DNA of 64,000 bases from Oopsacas minuta (lineage: Eukaryota > Animalia > Porifera): positions 189,266-253,265 of the forward strand of contig JAKMXF010000303.1 of NCBI GenBank assembly GCA_024704765.1, in the 5' to 3' direction. Of this stretch, positions 1 to 11,048 are shown piece after piece. The notes under the pieces were generated by a model, which was given only the letters and a program-made list of their open reading frames with translations, was not told where the DNA came from and did no database searches. Position numbers and translations under genes: made by a program. Every line of letters begins with the position of its first letter. Positions within the stretch are counted from its first letter, which is position 1.

Positions 1-280
1 TCCATTAATATAAATGATATATATATTCTACAGGTAATTTAGGAGATGAGTAAACGCAGTATCTGAATTTCAATTATAAGCTTAGAATTATACTAGTTTA
101 TATTTATACACCGCTAAGGATTATTATTACTAAACACATGCACCTGTCGTGTATTGAAAATGAATAAGAATCCTCAAAATGTCAAATACATTGAAATTCG
201 ACACCCAGTATGAATGCTATCGAAATGTGGCTTAGGAATTGTTCATGAAGAAATAGTATATATTACAAAGTGCAAATTTT

Positions 281-329
281 GCGCGGGCCGGATAAGGTTA
301 TTACGCGGGCCGTATGTTGGGCACCCCTG
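281..329. repeat. Right-hand terminus of a hAT-type non-autonomous element (fragment)
   Basis: GC-rich island ending GTTGGGCACCCCTG (reverse complement CAGGGGTGCCCAAC, a typical hAT MITE terminus), with two CGCGGGCCG subterminal motifs. No matching left end found in the window. Confidence 0.35.
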
Positions 330-487
330 CCTTAGATAATAATTCTGGAACTTTCGAAATATCTTAATAATATTTCCCTTCACTCTGAATTCTCAAATGA
401 ACTTCTATGCTCTATAATTATATTGATCGACTACATATTGAATAGCTACGTATAATTACAAACACGCTGCATACACGGAATACTACC

Positions 488-628
488 GGAAAATGTGTCA
501 TTTTATGACGTCAAAAAGGTGCTGAAATCTCGATTTGGTGTGTGAATTGATAAAAGGAAGTAGTAAAATTATCGTGTTCCATTTCGTTACGAATGTAACA
601 CTTCGGCCGTAATCGGTTAACTTACATA
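488..628. repeat. Dispersed repeat, copy 1 (copy 2 at about 3000-3143, in DNAI2 intron 3)
   Basis: GGAAAATGTGTCATTTTATGACGTCAAAAAGGTGCTGAAATCTCG...GAATTGATAAAAGGAAGT aligns by eye with GGAAAATATGTGATTTTATGACGTCAAGAAGGTGCTAAAATCTCG...GAATTGATAAAACGAAGT at 3000; same orientation. Confidence 0.7.
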
Positions 629-836
629 TTTAGGTTAAAATACAAAATCCCTCGGTCTTGCTATTCATAGTCCAAATGATTAGCACATTATTTCTATGAT
701 TATTATCCTTTCAGACCTGATATATCTACGCTCGCGACTCCTAATCTAGATCCAATTACCCATGACATGACACTAGACTATTAGTTATAAATAACAATAT
801 AAACAACTCGTAGCCATTTACTGACATCTGAAACCA

Positions 837-2138
837 ATGGAGATAGTACATGTGTACACTAGAGCTAGAAAGGAATTCGGACGTCAGCCTAAGTTGTCTG
901 ATAATTCAGCAGAGTTGTGTGTAGATGTAGCTCCTAATCCTGCAGAGAAGGACTACACCGTGAAGAGGAACCCCTGTGATACCGGGATGTATACAGGACC
1001 TGATCTCTCTGAGCACGAATGTAACACTGAGACATTTGAGACTGAGAGTAGAGGAATGAACCATATTGAGGGGGGTTGGCCTAAGGATATTAATCCTCAG
1101 GAAGCGGAGCAGGTAAGACAAGCTATGTACCGTATTTCCCTGAATAGGGGCCAGGGGTTAGAAAAACCCTCCAAACTCGTGAATAAAATTTATCCACCAC
1201 CCTCTAGAAGAATTTTTTGTTGATATTAACGCTACATTTGACCATTCAATAATTAAGGATGATTAGTTTACAAAAATCTTTTGTATTTTCAAAAATTTAC
1301 AAAACTTCTAGGCAAAAAATGGAAATGAAAATACTATGCGCCCCTGCGCTTATCCAGAGCAATACGGTATTTGATATATTAGAGTTATATTATACTATTA
1401 TAGGTAATACGTTACAGGAAGAAGGTAGAGAAAGATGAGGGATACATAACTACTGTAGCACATCTGGGAGAGATGATGGAGCATTGTATCAAACAAAATA
1501 ATGCTATTGACATATATCAGAGGTACTTTGAGGAATCTCCGATCACTCCATCAGATGATCCCCCTGCTGCTAAGACAGTAAACATATTCAAAGACCCTAG
1601 CTCCACCAAGCGGGCTGTATCTTCCATCAGCTGGTATCCTAATGAGGGTCACAAGATAGCTGTAGCGTACTCAGTAGTAGAGTTCCAGAGATGGCCTAAA
1701 GATATGCCTTTTGAATCTTACATCTGGAATGTAGAGAACCCAAACAAGCCTGAGCTATCTCTCAAGCCTATCAGTCCCCTTGTAACTCTGGAGTATAATC
1801 CTAAAGACCCTCACACTCTTATAGGAGGTTGTTATAACGGTCAGCTACTGCTGTTTGACACTAGAAAGGGATCTCAGTTTGTTGATGTATGTTATTTACA
1901 AGATTATTATTATTAAGAATAGCTGGAATTTGTCCTAAACGTTAATACTAAATTTCCCAAAATTGATCATATTTTTCCATGAAAAATACACCCGCCAACA
2001 ACCATGGGTTGGCTAAGAAGTCTGGACAACAGTCCGGGGAATGATATACACTAACCCAAAGGAAAATTATTCACAACCTACCTAATAGTGAAGATATACA
2101 CATAAACCTAACAATTTTAGTTGCTTTGTCCACTAATC

Positions 2139-2229
<91 letters not shown>

Positions 2230-5200
2230 TGTTTAGGAATATTTAATGCATATATATCTTTGTATAGAGTACTCCAATCGAGAAGTCCCACAGAGATCCT
2301 ATCTTCTCCTCTTTGTTTCTGCAGAGCAAGACTGGTACAGACTGCTTCACAACCTCTCCGGACGGATATGTATACTGGTGGGATATCAGGAAGCTAGGAG
2401 AACCCACAGAGTTTATGAACATAGATCCTAACAAGAATGGGAATCTAGTGGGAGGGACTGTGTTAGAATATGAGTCTACTATGCCTACTAAATTCATGAT
2501 TGGGACTGAATTCGGACAGATTTACAGGTAATTATACTACTCAATATAGCTGATGGATATTTCACAGTACATGCATGTATATTGGTAATAGTTATAGCAA
2601 GAGTTCCTAACCTTTGTGATTATGCTCACTAAAATATTCTACCTTATCTTTGGTAATTTAGACGCTCTTTTGACTAAATTCACCTATTTTATAGTAACAG
2701 AACTTACTAATAAATACAAGTATTATATACAAATGGGGATTTTCTTAATTCAGTCTGTACTAGTTCACAACTGGGTATTTCCATGCAACTGACCTTCATA
2801 TTTTGTTTAATATTGAGTGTTATAATTGGTGAAGTATAGAAACCCAGCCTTAGTAGCGATGATTTCTTCGAATATATTTATAAACTTAACATGCCAGCGA
2901 GGATTACATCGTCTAAGAGTTAAGTCTAAGATATCTAAAACAGAAAGAACCTCTATACAACACAGCAATAATTTGGTGTATATTAACCGAATATGGCTGG
3001 GAAAATATGTGATTTTATGACGTCAAGAAGGTGCTAAAATCTCGTTTTGTTGCGGGAATTGATAAAACGAAGTTGTGAATTTTTAGTGTTCCTTTTCATA
3101 ACTAACTTAAACTATAGCCGTGAATGGTTGAATCATTACATTTATGTATATTTTATATTTGCTTCTAAAATTCAAATAGTTGCAATAGAAAGGCCAAAGA
3201 TCCATCAGACAAGATAGCAGTTACCTTCCCAGGACACCACGGGCCTGTTAGTGCCCTCACACGTAACCCATTCTACCCAAAATTCTTCTTAAGTGTTGGA
3301 GATTGGACCGCTAGAGTCTGGTGTGAGGACATCAAAGAGAGCTCCATCATGTGGACCCCTTATAACACATGTCCCCTGTCTGACTGTGTGTGGAGTCCCA
3401 CTAGACCAGGAGTATTCTTAACTTCTAGGATGGATGGTTATCTAGATATGTGGGACTTATTGTTTAAGCAGGATGATCCTACATTATCATTCAAGTTAGT
3501 TCTATTATTTTTATTTCTTATGTGTATATCCGTGGCTATCGTAATATATCAAATTGTGTGAGTTTCTACTCGAAAAACATTACTCTGCCCAGTGGTGGAC
3601 AGGAGCATTTCCTCGGCAATCCTTACATTCTGGCTACAGTAGACATTAAGTATTAAGATTAGGAGATTTATTCGACTTTTCGCGGTTGCTATCATTATAT
3701 ACTGAATAACTCACGAAGAAATTTTGGTCTATGTACGAAGCTGTCGTCATTAGCATAATATATATTTCAATTACTGATTAGTCTTATTCACAGATTTATT
3801 TGTGGCTTCAAATTCTTCAATAGTTATGTACTCGTATTTATCTATATTTCTATTCTATTTTGATAGTTGTGAGTCAGTTCAGCAGTTTTATTGAGACTAT
3901 AAATCTAGTAAAACCTATTATTTAGAACTGCTATATTTTCGTAAATAATAAAGTACACAATACCACACAAAGCAAAACGACACGATTATCGAAATAAAAA
4001 AATGGTCACACAATTCCCAGATACCACCGGAGTGTCATATGTTGATCACATAGAAATAGAAATAAACCAGTCAATCGACAAATTAATATTCCGCCTGAAT
4101 CAAAGACGAGTCCATCTCTTAGCTAAGTTAAGGGATATGCGCGAGGAGATGAGAGCAGATCTGGTTTCACGTCAAGAAATGGAGGAAAAACTCGTTGACG
4201 CTCGGGAACCAGTTGGAATGGTGGCAAAGATGGAAGATTCACTGACAGAGCTTCACATCAATTCACCACCTCAAGAACTGAGGTTAATTTGTGATACAAA
4301 CGAGATTGAGAATGCCATCCTTAGTCTTGGTGAGATTGACAAACAAGAGATCCTTCCTATTCTTCATTTACCAGTAATCCCCAACTACGCTGGTTTCCGA
4401 AAGCAAGTTGCCTTTGGAAAAGAAGGATCAGGTCCTGGTGATTTGAACAGGCCCAGAGGTGTCGCAATTGATCCTGTATCTGGACACATTTACGTGGCAG
4501 ATATACTTAACAGTAGAATTCAAATATTCTCCCAGACAGGAGATCATCTAAACATATTCGGAAGTGGGGACCTGGAGCAACCATGGGGTATATTAATCCA
4601 TCAGGATAACATTTATGTCACTGACATACAACATCATGCTATTTTCCAATTCAATTTACCAGGCCTACTAATGAGAAAGCGATTCGGAGAGAGAGGAGGA
4701 GATAATGAATCGTTCATGCATCCTAGACAACTCACCATCTCTCCCAATCAACAACTCTGTGTAGCAGACCAATATAATAACAGACTGGTGTACCTTGCAA
4801 CTAATCTAGATTATATTAGCTTATTACGACACGAAACGATGAAAGAACCTGTTGATGTGAAATTCACAAACAAAGAAGTGTTTGTTCTTTGTAAATTGAT
4901 GTTTGTAACACATCCATGCATTCACGTGTTTACTTACACTGGAGAAAAGACCCGCTCTTTAATTACCAGAGGATCAGATATAGGAACGCTTTTTGAAAGA
5001 GCATTCTTCTTCTGTTTAGATGAATGCAATAACATTGTCATTAACGACTACCAAATCAAGGTATTCTCTCCAGAAGGAGACCTCCTACACACTATAGGGC
5101 AGCATCGAGTAGCTAATGGTATAGCAATACTCAATAACTCAAAACTAGTTTGTGCTTCACAAGACAGTCATTTCGGCATACAAATATACTCAACTTGATT

Positions 5201-6282
5201 GTTATTTAAGATTAATTTTCACCCTAGCAATAATAATGTTATGTTTACGAAATTTACAGTACAGTAGAACCTCGTTAATACGTACACCAAGGGATCGTCG
5301 AAATTTGTACTCCTTATCCGAAGTACGTATTAACGAGGTTTCACTGTAGTTATAGGTTAAACTGTAGTATTTGAATATTTCATGTTTGAATAGTAACTGG
5401 GACGTTGATCAATTTTAGCACGTTAAGGGAGTCACTATTCTAGTAAATATGTGTATATTATTAAATCTCAATTGTTGTCTGTTACTTGTCCGTTGTCAAA
5501 GAAAGGATATATACGTGTATGGTATGCTATTTCGCAATTCTGAGATGTCGCATAACGAGGCTATTCGCGAATTCTATGTAACAAGCTAGGTTGCTAATTG
5601 AACAATTCCATCCAAAAAAGAATAGGGCTGTATAACTTTCCTTACCTTCGTAATTTTGTACTAGCCTTTTTTATTCAAGAAAATCTTAGATTAGAGACCA
5701 GATTCAAACGAGTATACAGTGTAATTTTGAGGAGATTATTCCCGAACTAGCTCGAACTGCACTCCTGCCCGTCGACTGAACTACGTATTTTAGAATCATA
5801 ATTTGACATACCCTTATTCATACGATTTATTAATTATTTCTATGTGTTTCTCCAGAGTATCTGACAGTGGAATATATTCACTCTCTATGCAGGACTATGG
5901 CAGGCGTGTAGCTTGTGGAACATTGGATGGCAATCTTACTCTAGTTGAGCTATCAGACAGACTACACACTCTGCAGAAAAACGAGAAGACACTCATCACT
6001 GCTATCTTAGAGAGAGAAATGCGTCGTGAGAAAATCTTAGAAGGACGTAACCGAGAGTTGAAATTGAAAGAAAAGATGGAGAAAGCTGCGGCCTTACGAG
6101 CTGAGAAGGCGGCAGCTACTGAGGAGAGAGAGGAGGAAGAAAATCTTGTTAAGAAGGCGGAGGAAGATTTCTGGTCTACTATCTCTACTGAGCGGAATAA
6201 TCTCGAGAAGAGAAGAGCAAAGGCTAAGAAACAAAATGTGCCTACTAATAATGAGGGAGAGAAGGCAGCTCCCGTTGAGTAG
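837..6282 (+). CDS. DNAI2: Axonemal dynein intermediate chain 2 (WD40), 5 exons: 837-1112, 1404-1886, 2268-2527, 3180-3494, 5856-6282 (586 aa)
   Basis: Motifs [74 protein letters not shown], and a C-terminal coiled coil. All four introns are GT-AG with matching phases; the spliced length of 1761 nt is a multiple of 3. Confidence 0.93.
2140..2229. repeat. (ATT)n microsatellite, about 30 units, in DNAI2 intron 2
   Basis: Uninterrupted ATT run read directly from the sequence. Confidence 0.97.
4002..5198 (+). CDS. Intronless NHL-repeat beta-propeller protein with N-terminal coiled coil (TRIM2/3/71-like C-terminus, no RING or B-box), nested in DNAI2 intron 4
   Basis: 398-aa ORF with NHL repeats [58 protein letters not shown]. 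Confidence 0.85.
   Translation: MVTQFPDTTGVSYVDHIEIEINQSIDKLIFRLNQRRVHLLAKLRDMREEMRADLVSRQEMEEKLVDAREPVGMVAKMEDSLTELHINSPPQELRLICDTNEIENAILSLGEIDKQEILPILHLPVIPNYAGFRKQVAFGKEGSGPGDLNRPRGVAIDPVSGHIYVADILNSRIQIFSQTGDHLNIFGSGDLEQPWGILIHQDNIYVTDIQHHAIFQFNLPGLLMRKRFGERGGDNESFMHPRQLTISPNQQLCVADQYNNRLVYLATNLDYISLLRHETMKEPVDVKFTNKEVFVLCKLMFVTHPCIHVFTYTGEKTRSLITRGSDIGTLFERAFFFCLDECNNIVINDYQIKVFSPEGDLLHTIGQHRVANGIAILNNSKLVCASQDSHFGIQIYST
5262..5346. mobile_element. pogo/Tigger-type MITE (85 bp)
   Basis: TA|CAGTAGAACCTCGTTAATACGTAC ... GTACGTATTAACGAGGTTTCACTG|TA; 24-bp TIR with 2 mismatches; TA flanks. Confidence 0.85.
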
Positions 6283-6626
6283 TGTAGAAGAGTTCGTAAG
6301 TTACCCGTTCACTTATATGCTACTGCATTACTGTATACTTAACTATTCTCTATTGGAGTTGTATAGTCACATAGGTTTATTTATGATTTCTTGGCGGTAC
6401 TTCTTCTCTACGATTTATTTATCGAATCAATTACTCTGTCTATATATTCATTGATATGTTTAACTGAATATAATTCTTCACGTGTAATTGCTACTGTATA
6501 ATTCCTCATATAATATTGAATACGATATAATTAGAGGTTGTATTACATGGAAGGAGAAATTATATAAGTTGAGGTAGGCTTATTATATCGGTTATATGCC
6601 TGATTATTAAGGATATTATTTTAATA

Positions 6627-6977
6627 ATGACTTCCCTAACTGATAGCTCTTTGATCATTATTATATGTCTGTTCTTCTTTCTCATTCTATCTCTGATTAC
6701 GAATGGAGTTTTCTTTTCCATTTCATTATACAGAAATGTTCGTCCCAAACCAAAGGCTAAAATAGCAAAGGAAGATCATCTTGAAACGAATAGAGAGTCT
6801 TCTTATGTTCAAATGTCAGACCTGCAGGAGAATGAGACTATTTCTCCTTACTATACTAAGATGGCTACTACAATTGCACCCCCTGTTCCTATTCTTGCAC
6901 CCAAGGAGCCTGCATCGAGTATGCCTGTAGTACAGCGATCTAAATACGTTAATCTATCTGATGTCAACAAATCATAA
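6627..6977 (+). CDS. Small single-pass membrane protein (116 aa) with a Tyr-motif cytoplasmic tail
   Basis: Hydrophobic stretch LIIIICLFFFLILSLITNGVFFSISLY, followed by basic RNVRPKPKAK, then YVQM, YYTKM, a PPVP proline motif and YVNL. An upstream exon cannot be excluded. Confidence 0.6.
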   Translation: MTSLTDSSLIIIICLFFFLILSLITNGVFFSISLYRNVRPKPKAKIAKEDHLETNRESSYVQMSDLQENETISPYYTKMATTIAPPVPILAPKEPASSMPVVQRSKYVNLSDVNKS

Positions 6978-7279
6978 TAATGTGGAGTAGTGAGGGTTTA
7001 TTTTATAGTTAATATAAGTGTGATTATTAAACGTGTAAGCACTAGTAAGCCATTAACCCAGGCTTTGATTATCGTTTGAGTAAATATCTTACATTAATGA
7101 AAACTATTCTAAACATTAATCACATTTATAAATTATCTTTAATAATACATTATTTACATTTACTGTGGTTATCGCTTATAAGAACACCCTTGGGAGTAGC
7201 AAATAGGTTCTTAAACTGTATTATCAATATATTATACTTCATTATAACAGATAATATACATAGTCATATAATATTAAAG

Positions 7280-10200
7280 ATGGCTGGTGAACAATTCGAC
7301 GCTTCTAATGGTTCTCTTCTACAATTCAATGAAGAAGACACTCAGTATATACTGCAGCACTTGGATAAGATAAATAGTAATCTAAAGCAGGAGTTTTGTT
7401 CTACTAGCTTCTTACAAGATTCTGATAGGATAAGGCTCTCCTCTCATACACAGCAGCAATATAACGATTCTATGAGAATACTGGCTAATTATTTTAAATT
7501 ACATCTAGGGAGAGAATTATCAGAACAGATCAGCCCTGGCTCAATTTGTGCAAACATTGAGCTAGACCAGCATAACCATCAAATTCTTACATCTACACAA
7601 AATATGGACCAACTCAATAATATCTTAGCTGAAAGGTTCTCTAATTCTGTGGATGTTTCTCCTGCTACAGGATATAACCTCAGAATACAAGCTCCAGATT
7701 TAAATGTGTTACAGTTAGCATTCAACTTTATTCACAGTAGTTTGCAGGATTGGCATAATAAAAATGAGTTTAGTTCTTCCCCAAACACTCCTCAATCTCC
7801 ATCTCCATCTCCATCTACTAAACCTGTGAGAAATATCCAACATTCATGTAGCACCATCGAAATGAAGAAATGGATTATTCCAGAATCTCTTTATGAGCTT
7901 AGTAAGCCCAGAATAGAATCAATATTCGGAGAGAATGATTGTGATTATTCTATAGAATTCACAAGTACAGGAAATGTTATCATTGAATATGGAGATAGTT
8001 CTTCTGTCGTAGAACGTATTAAAATCCAGCTTGAAAGTATTCGGAAGCAATTTCAAGCCCTCACTCAGCAGAAAAACACACCTACGTATCAAACACAGCC
8101 AGATTCTCCATCCAAAATATTGGGTCATTTCTCATATCAAGATGAAACAGCTGATTCCCCTCCATCTAGCTCTACATCCTCTCAGACTAAAGTTATACAA
8201 CCATCAGGACCAATTGGTACCTTCCCGAGTAACCTCCCAGTGACGAATCCATTTTTTGAGGACTTGAATCCTTCCCTCGTAAAGCCAGATAGCCAGAATA
8301 ACTCTAATGAAACTAGCCAACCATTTAACATACAAACTACTCAGAACAGTATTCCTTCTCACAAACCGATAAATCCTAGTTCTCTAATATCTGATCAAGA
8401 TAGGCTGAAAATACCATTTCGAGAAACTGATCCTATACTTGTACATATAAACTCAGAGCCTTCTGCACCATCAACGCTTGCTAAATTGGACAATTTTCCT
8501 AATGAATCTCATTACTCCACAAAGTCTACAATCAGTACTAACAACATTCAAGATAATTCCAGTAAATATAGTCAGTCTCAACCAAGAGACAAACAAACAA
8601 ATTCTACTACTTCAAACCGCAATAAGACAAGAGATAATTCACTCTCTGACGCAATGAGACAGAAAAAGCCACCCATGTTACGAATGTCAGGTCTAGTTGC
8701 CACGAGTAAATTTAACGACCCTCAGCTTGTGGAAGCTGAATCCTTCTCTCATGAGTACCAACATCCTTCTGACAGATATAGTGACCCTCCTCAAGAAGAC
8801 TTACACTCCCACCAATCAAAAGAAGCCATTATACACTTCGACAATAAATACGGTTGTGTAGTACGTCTCGAAAAGTATGAATGGCATGAACAAGCAAAGT
8901 TTTTGGAGCAGACATTGCTTGGATTAAAAGTAATTAGATGTCCTAATCAACCTCAAGTGTGTACTCTGGTATCAGATAAGAAAGAGATGGTTAAGTGCGG
9001 ACTTAAAGAGTTGCATAAGAAGTTTGGCAGTCTCGGGTATTTACCAGCTCTTAACGGTATCCCTATCATGACTGCTGCTATTGATTGTGTTGTAGAGTTA
9101 GACGATAAACCAAAACAGTCAAAAAAAGTTAAAATTCTTGCCAGTTTAACCTGTACATCAGGTCTCAATATTAAGATAAATTTTATGAGCTTTACTGAAG
9201 GTAGCTGGGATGTTGTAGTTAAATCCGTGGAACAGTCTATGATAAACTCTACCAGACAAAATAATATAGATATATTAGATGTAGTAGGACCTGGGACCAG
9301 GCCGGAAGAAGGTAGACATCTAGTAAAGAGAGCAACTAAACTAGACTACTGGTATTTCTATCTAACAGAGAATTCAGAACCTCTATCTAAACATATAATA
9401 CATGTTGTAATACCTGACTGGAATCCTAATGAATTCAATCCTAACAATCTTAAACAGAGCATAGTTTCAATACTGAATTATTGCAATAGTTATGGTATTC
9501 AGTCTATTGCTTTTCCTATTATTGGTCACGAATCTAAGAAGATTCCTATTCCGTTATCTGCACAAGCTCTCCTACAAGCTATTGATGAGTTCTCATCTCA
9601 AAACCAATCTCCTAATCTTAAGCAAGTTGATATAGTAATAACTAAGGAATCCTGTATTCGAGCATTCCAATATCATTTTATTACTCCCATACAGCGACAC
9701 CTTAAGATGTCCTCAGATACTAGGAAGGATGTGACGTCAGAGGAGGAGGAGGAGACCTGTCCCATCTGTTTAGAGGCTCTTCATTCTGATGGAATACCTA
9801 TACGTAAATTAATTCAGTGTAAGCATGAGTTCCACGAGCCATGTATCTCTAAAGCTATTGAAACTAAGCCGCGATGTCCCTTGTGTATGAGTCCTCTCGG
9901 TGTACAGCGAGGGAATCAGCCTGCAGGAGGATTAATGACACACTCCACTCTATTCTACCCGTTGCCAGGGTATCCAAACCACGGTACCATCAAGATACAT
10001 TATCAAATCCCTTCTGGAGTACAGAATAAATCCCATCCTAATCCAGGTACGTACTATCCGTCCACTAGCAGGACTGCTTATCTACCTGCCAACCAAAAAG
10101 GACTAAAGGTATTGGGTCTTCTCCGGGTAGCGTTTGAGCGAGGCTTGATATTCACAGTAGGTACATCACGCACTCTAGGCATGGACAATATGATCACTTG

Positions 10201-10309
10201 GAATGATATTCATCATAAGACAATGCAGACAGGCTCTGCATATGGTTATCCTGATGACAGCTATCTTGATAGAGTCATAGCAGAGCTTAAGGATAAGGGA
10301 GTGGAGTGA
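7280..10309 (+). CDS. Deltex/DTX3L-like E3 ubiquitin ligase with macrodomain, RING-H2 and Deltex C-terminal (DTC) domain; intronless, 1009 aa
   Basis: Likely start MAGEQF at 7280 (the ORF track starts at an upstream TTG in AT-rich sequence). Macro-fold motifs HIIHVVIPDW and GIQSIAFPIIG; RING CPIC...CKHEFHEPC...CPLC; DTC motifs GNQP, RTAYLP, FERGLIFTVG, WNDIHHKT, GYPDDSYL. Confidence 0.9.
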   Translation: MAGEQFDASNGSLLQFNEEDTQYILQHLDKINSNLKQEFCSTSFLQDSDRIRLSSHTQQQYNDSMRILANYFKLHLGRELSEQISPGSICANIELDQHNHQILTSTQNMDQLNNILAERFSNSVDVSPATGYNLRIQAPDLNVLQLAFNFIHSSLQDWHNKNEFSSSPNTPQSPSPSPSTKPVRNIQHSCSTIEMKKWIIPESLYELSKPRIESIFGENDCDYSIEFTSTGNVIIEYGDSSSVVERIKIQLESIRKQFQALTQQKNTPTYQTQPDSPSKILGHFSYQDETADSPPSSSTSSQTKVIQPSGPIGTFPSNLPVTNPFFEDLNPSLVKPDSQNNSNETSQPFNIQTTQNSIPSHKPINPSSLISDQDRLKIPFRETDPILVHINSEPSAPSTLAKLDNFPNESHYSTKSTISTNNIQDNSSKYSQSQPRDKQTNSTTSNRNKTRDNSLSDAMRQKKPPMLRMSGLVATSKFNDPQLVEAESFSHEYQHPSDRYSDPPQEDLHSHQSKEAIIHFDNKYGCVVRLEKYEWHEQAKFLEQTLLGLKVIRCPNQPQVCTLVSDKKEMVKCGLKELHKKFGSLGYLPALNGIPIMTAAIDCVVELDDKPKQSKKVKILASLTCTSGLNIKINFMSFTEGSWDVVVKSVEQSMINSTRQNNIDILDVVGPGTRPEEGRHLVKRATKLDYWYFYLTENSEPLSKHIIHVVIPDWNPNEFNPNNLKQSIVSILNYCNSYGIQSIAFPIIGHESKKIPIPLSAQALLQAIDEFSSQNQSPNLKQVDIVITKESCIRAFQYHFITPIQRHLKMSSDTRKDVTSEEEEETCPICLEALHSDGIPIRKLIQCKHEFHEPCISKAIETKPRCPLCMSPLGVQRGNQPAGGLMTHSTLFYPLPGYPNHGTIKIHYQIPSGVQNKSHPNPGTYYPSTSRTAYLPANQKGLKVLGLLRVAFERGLIFTVGTSRTLGMDNMITWNDIHHKTMQTGSAYGYPDDSYLDRVIAELKDKGVE

Positions 10310-10688
10310 CACACATACCACTCCTTCTGTTGTTCCATACTCTAATTAGAAGTATAACTTATATGTCATAATGTTTGTGAAACAGACTATACTACCAGTA
10401 CCTATTATATTACCTGTGTATTCCTTTTGTTAGCTGCTTTCTTCTCGTATTTATTCTTTCTATTTTGTTACTTATAAGATGTATTGTTCTTAAGTTTGCA
10501 GTCAAGGTCTCGTATTATATTACTAGCATTTTCTATTTATTATTTAATTTAATTTAATTAATTAATCTCTAGCAGAATAGAAAACGTAACCATAGAGTAA
10601 CTTTATATGTTGTATCATGTTTAGCATAGCAGTAACATAAGAGTCCTTAACCTCTTGTTAATCCAACCCAGCAGTACAGTGTCGTATA

Positions 10689-10830
10689 CAGGGCGGTCCC
10701 AGGATTTTTGCATAGCCCCGAGGTAAAATCTTATTATATAATGGGCAGTGGTGATCTGAGGATCTGGCTAAACCGGGGTAGGAGCCAAGATTTCCCAATC
10801 TAAGGCGAATGCCCAGTTTGACCGCCACTG
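10689..10830. mobile_element. hAT-type MITE (142 bp) with 8-bp TSD
   Basis: Perfect flanking direct repeat GTCGTATA (10681-10688, 10831-10838); termini CAGGGCGGTC ... GACCGCCACTG. Confidence 0.8.
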
Positions 10831-11048
10831 GTCGTATATAGGATAAATCTGGGCATAATGAAGTTGAACCAGAGTTATTGTGGTCGGAATATTCCAGGCA
10901 GATGTCAGGTCAAATTATTTACACGTTCAATACTTTCATGATAATGATGGGAACAAACTTGTGCTTTCCAACAATCCGCGAATATAAAGGAAATATAAAA
11001 TAATAATTTCTATCATTACTTAGCTAATACTATAATAGTATAGCCTCA

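Noticed and set aside
7076-7279. 68-codon N-terminal extension of the Deltex-like ORF
   Set aside because: Begins at TTG, very AT-rich and Ile/Leu/Asn-biased; ATG 7280 in AAGATGG context is the more plausible start.
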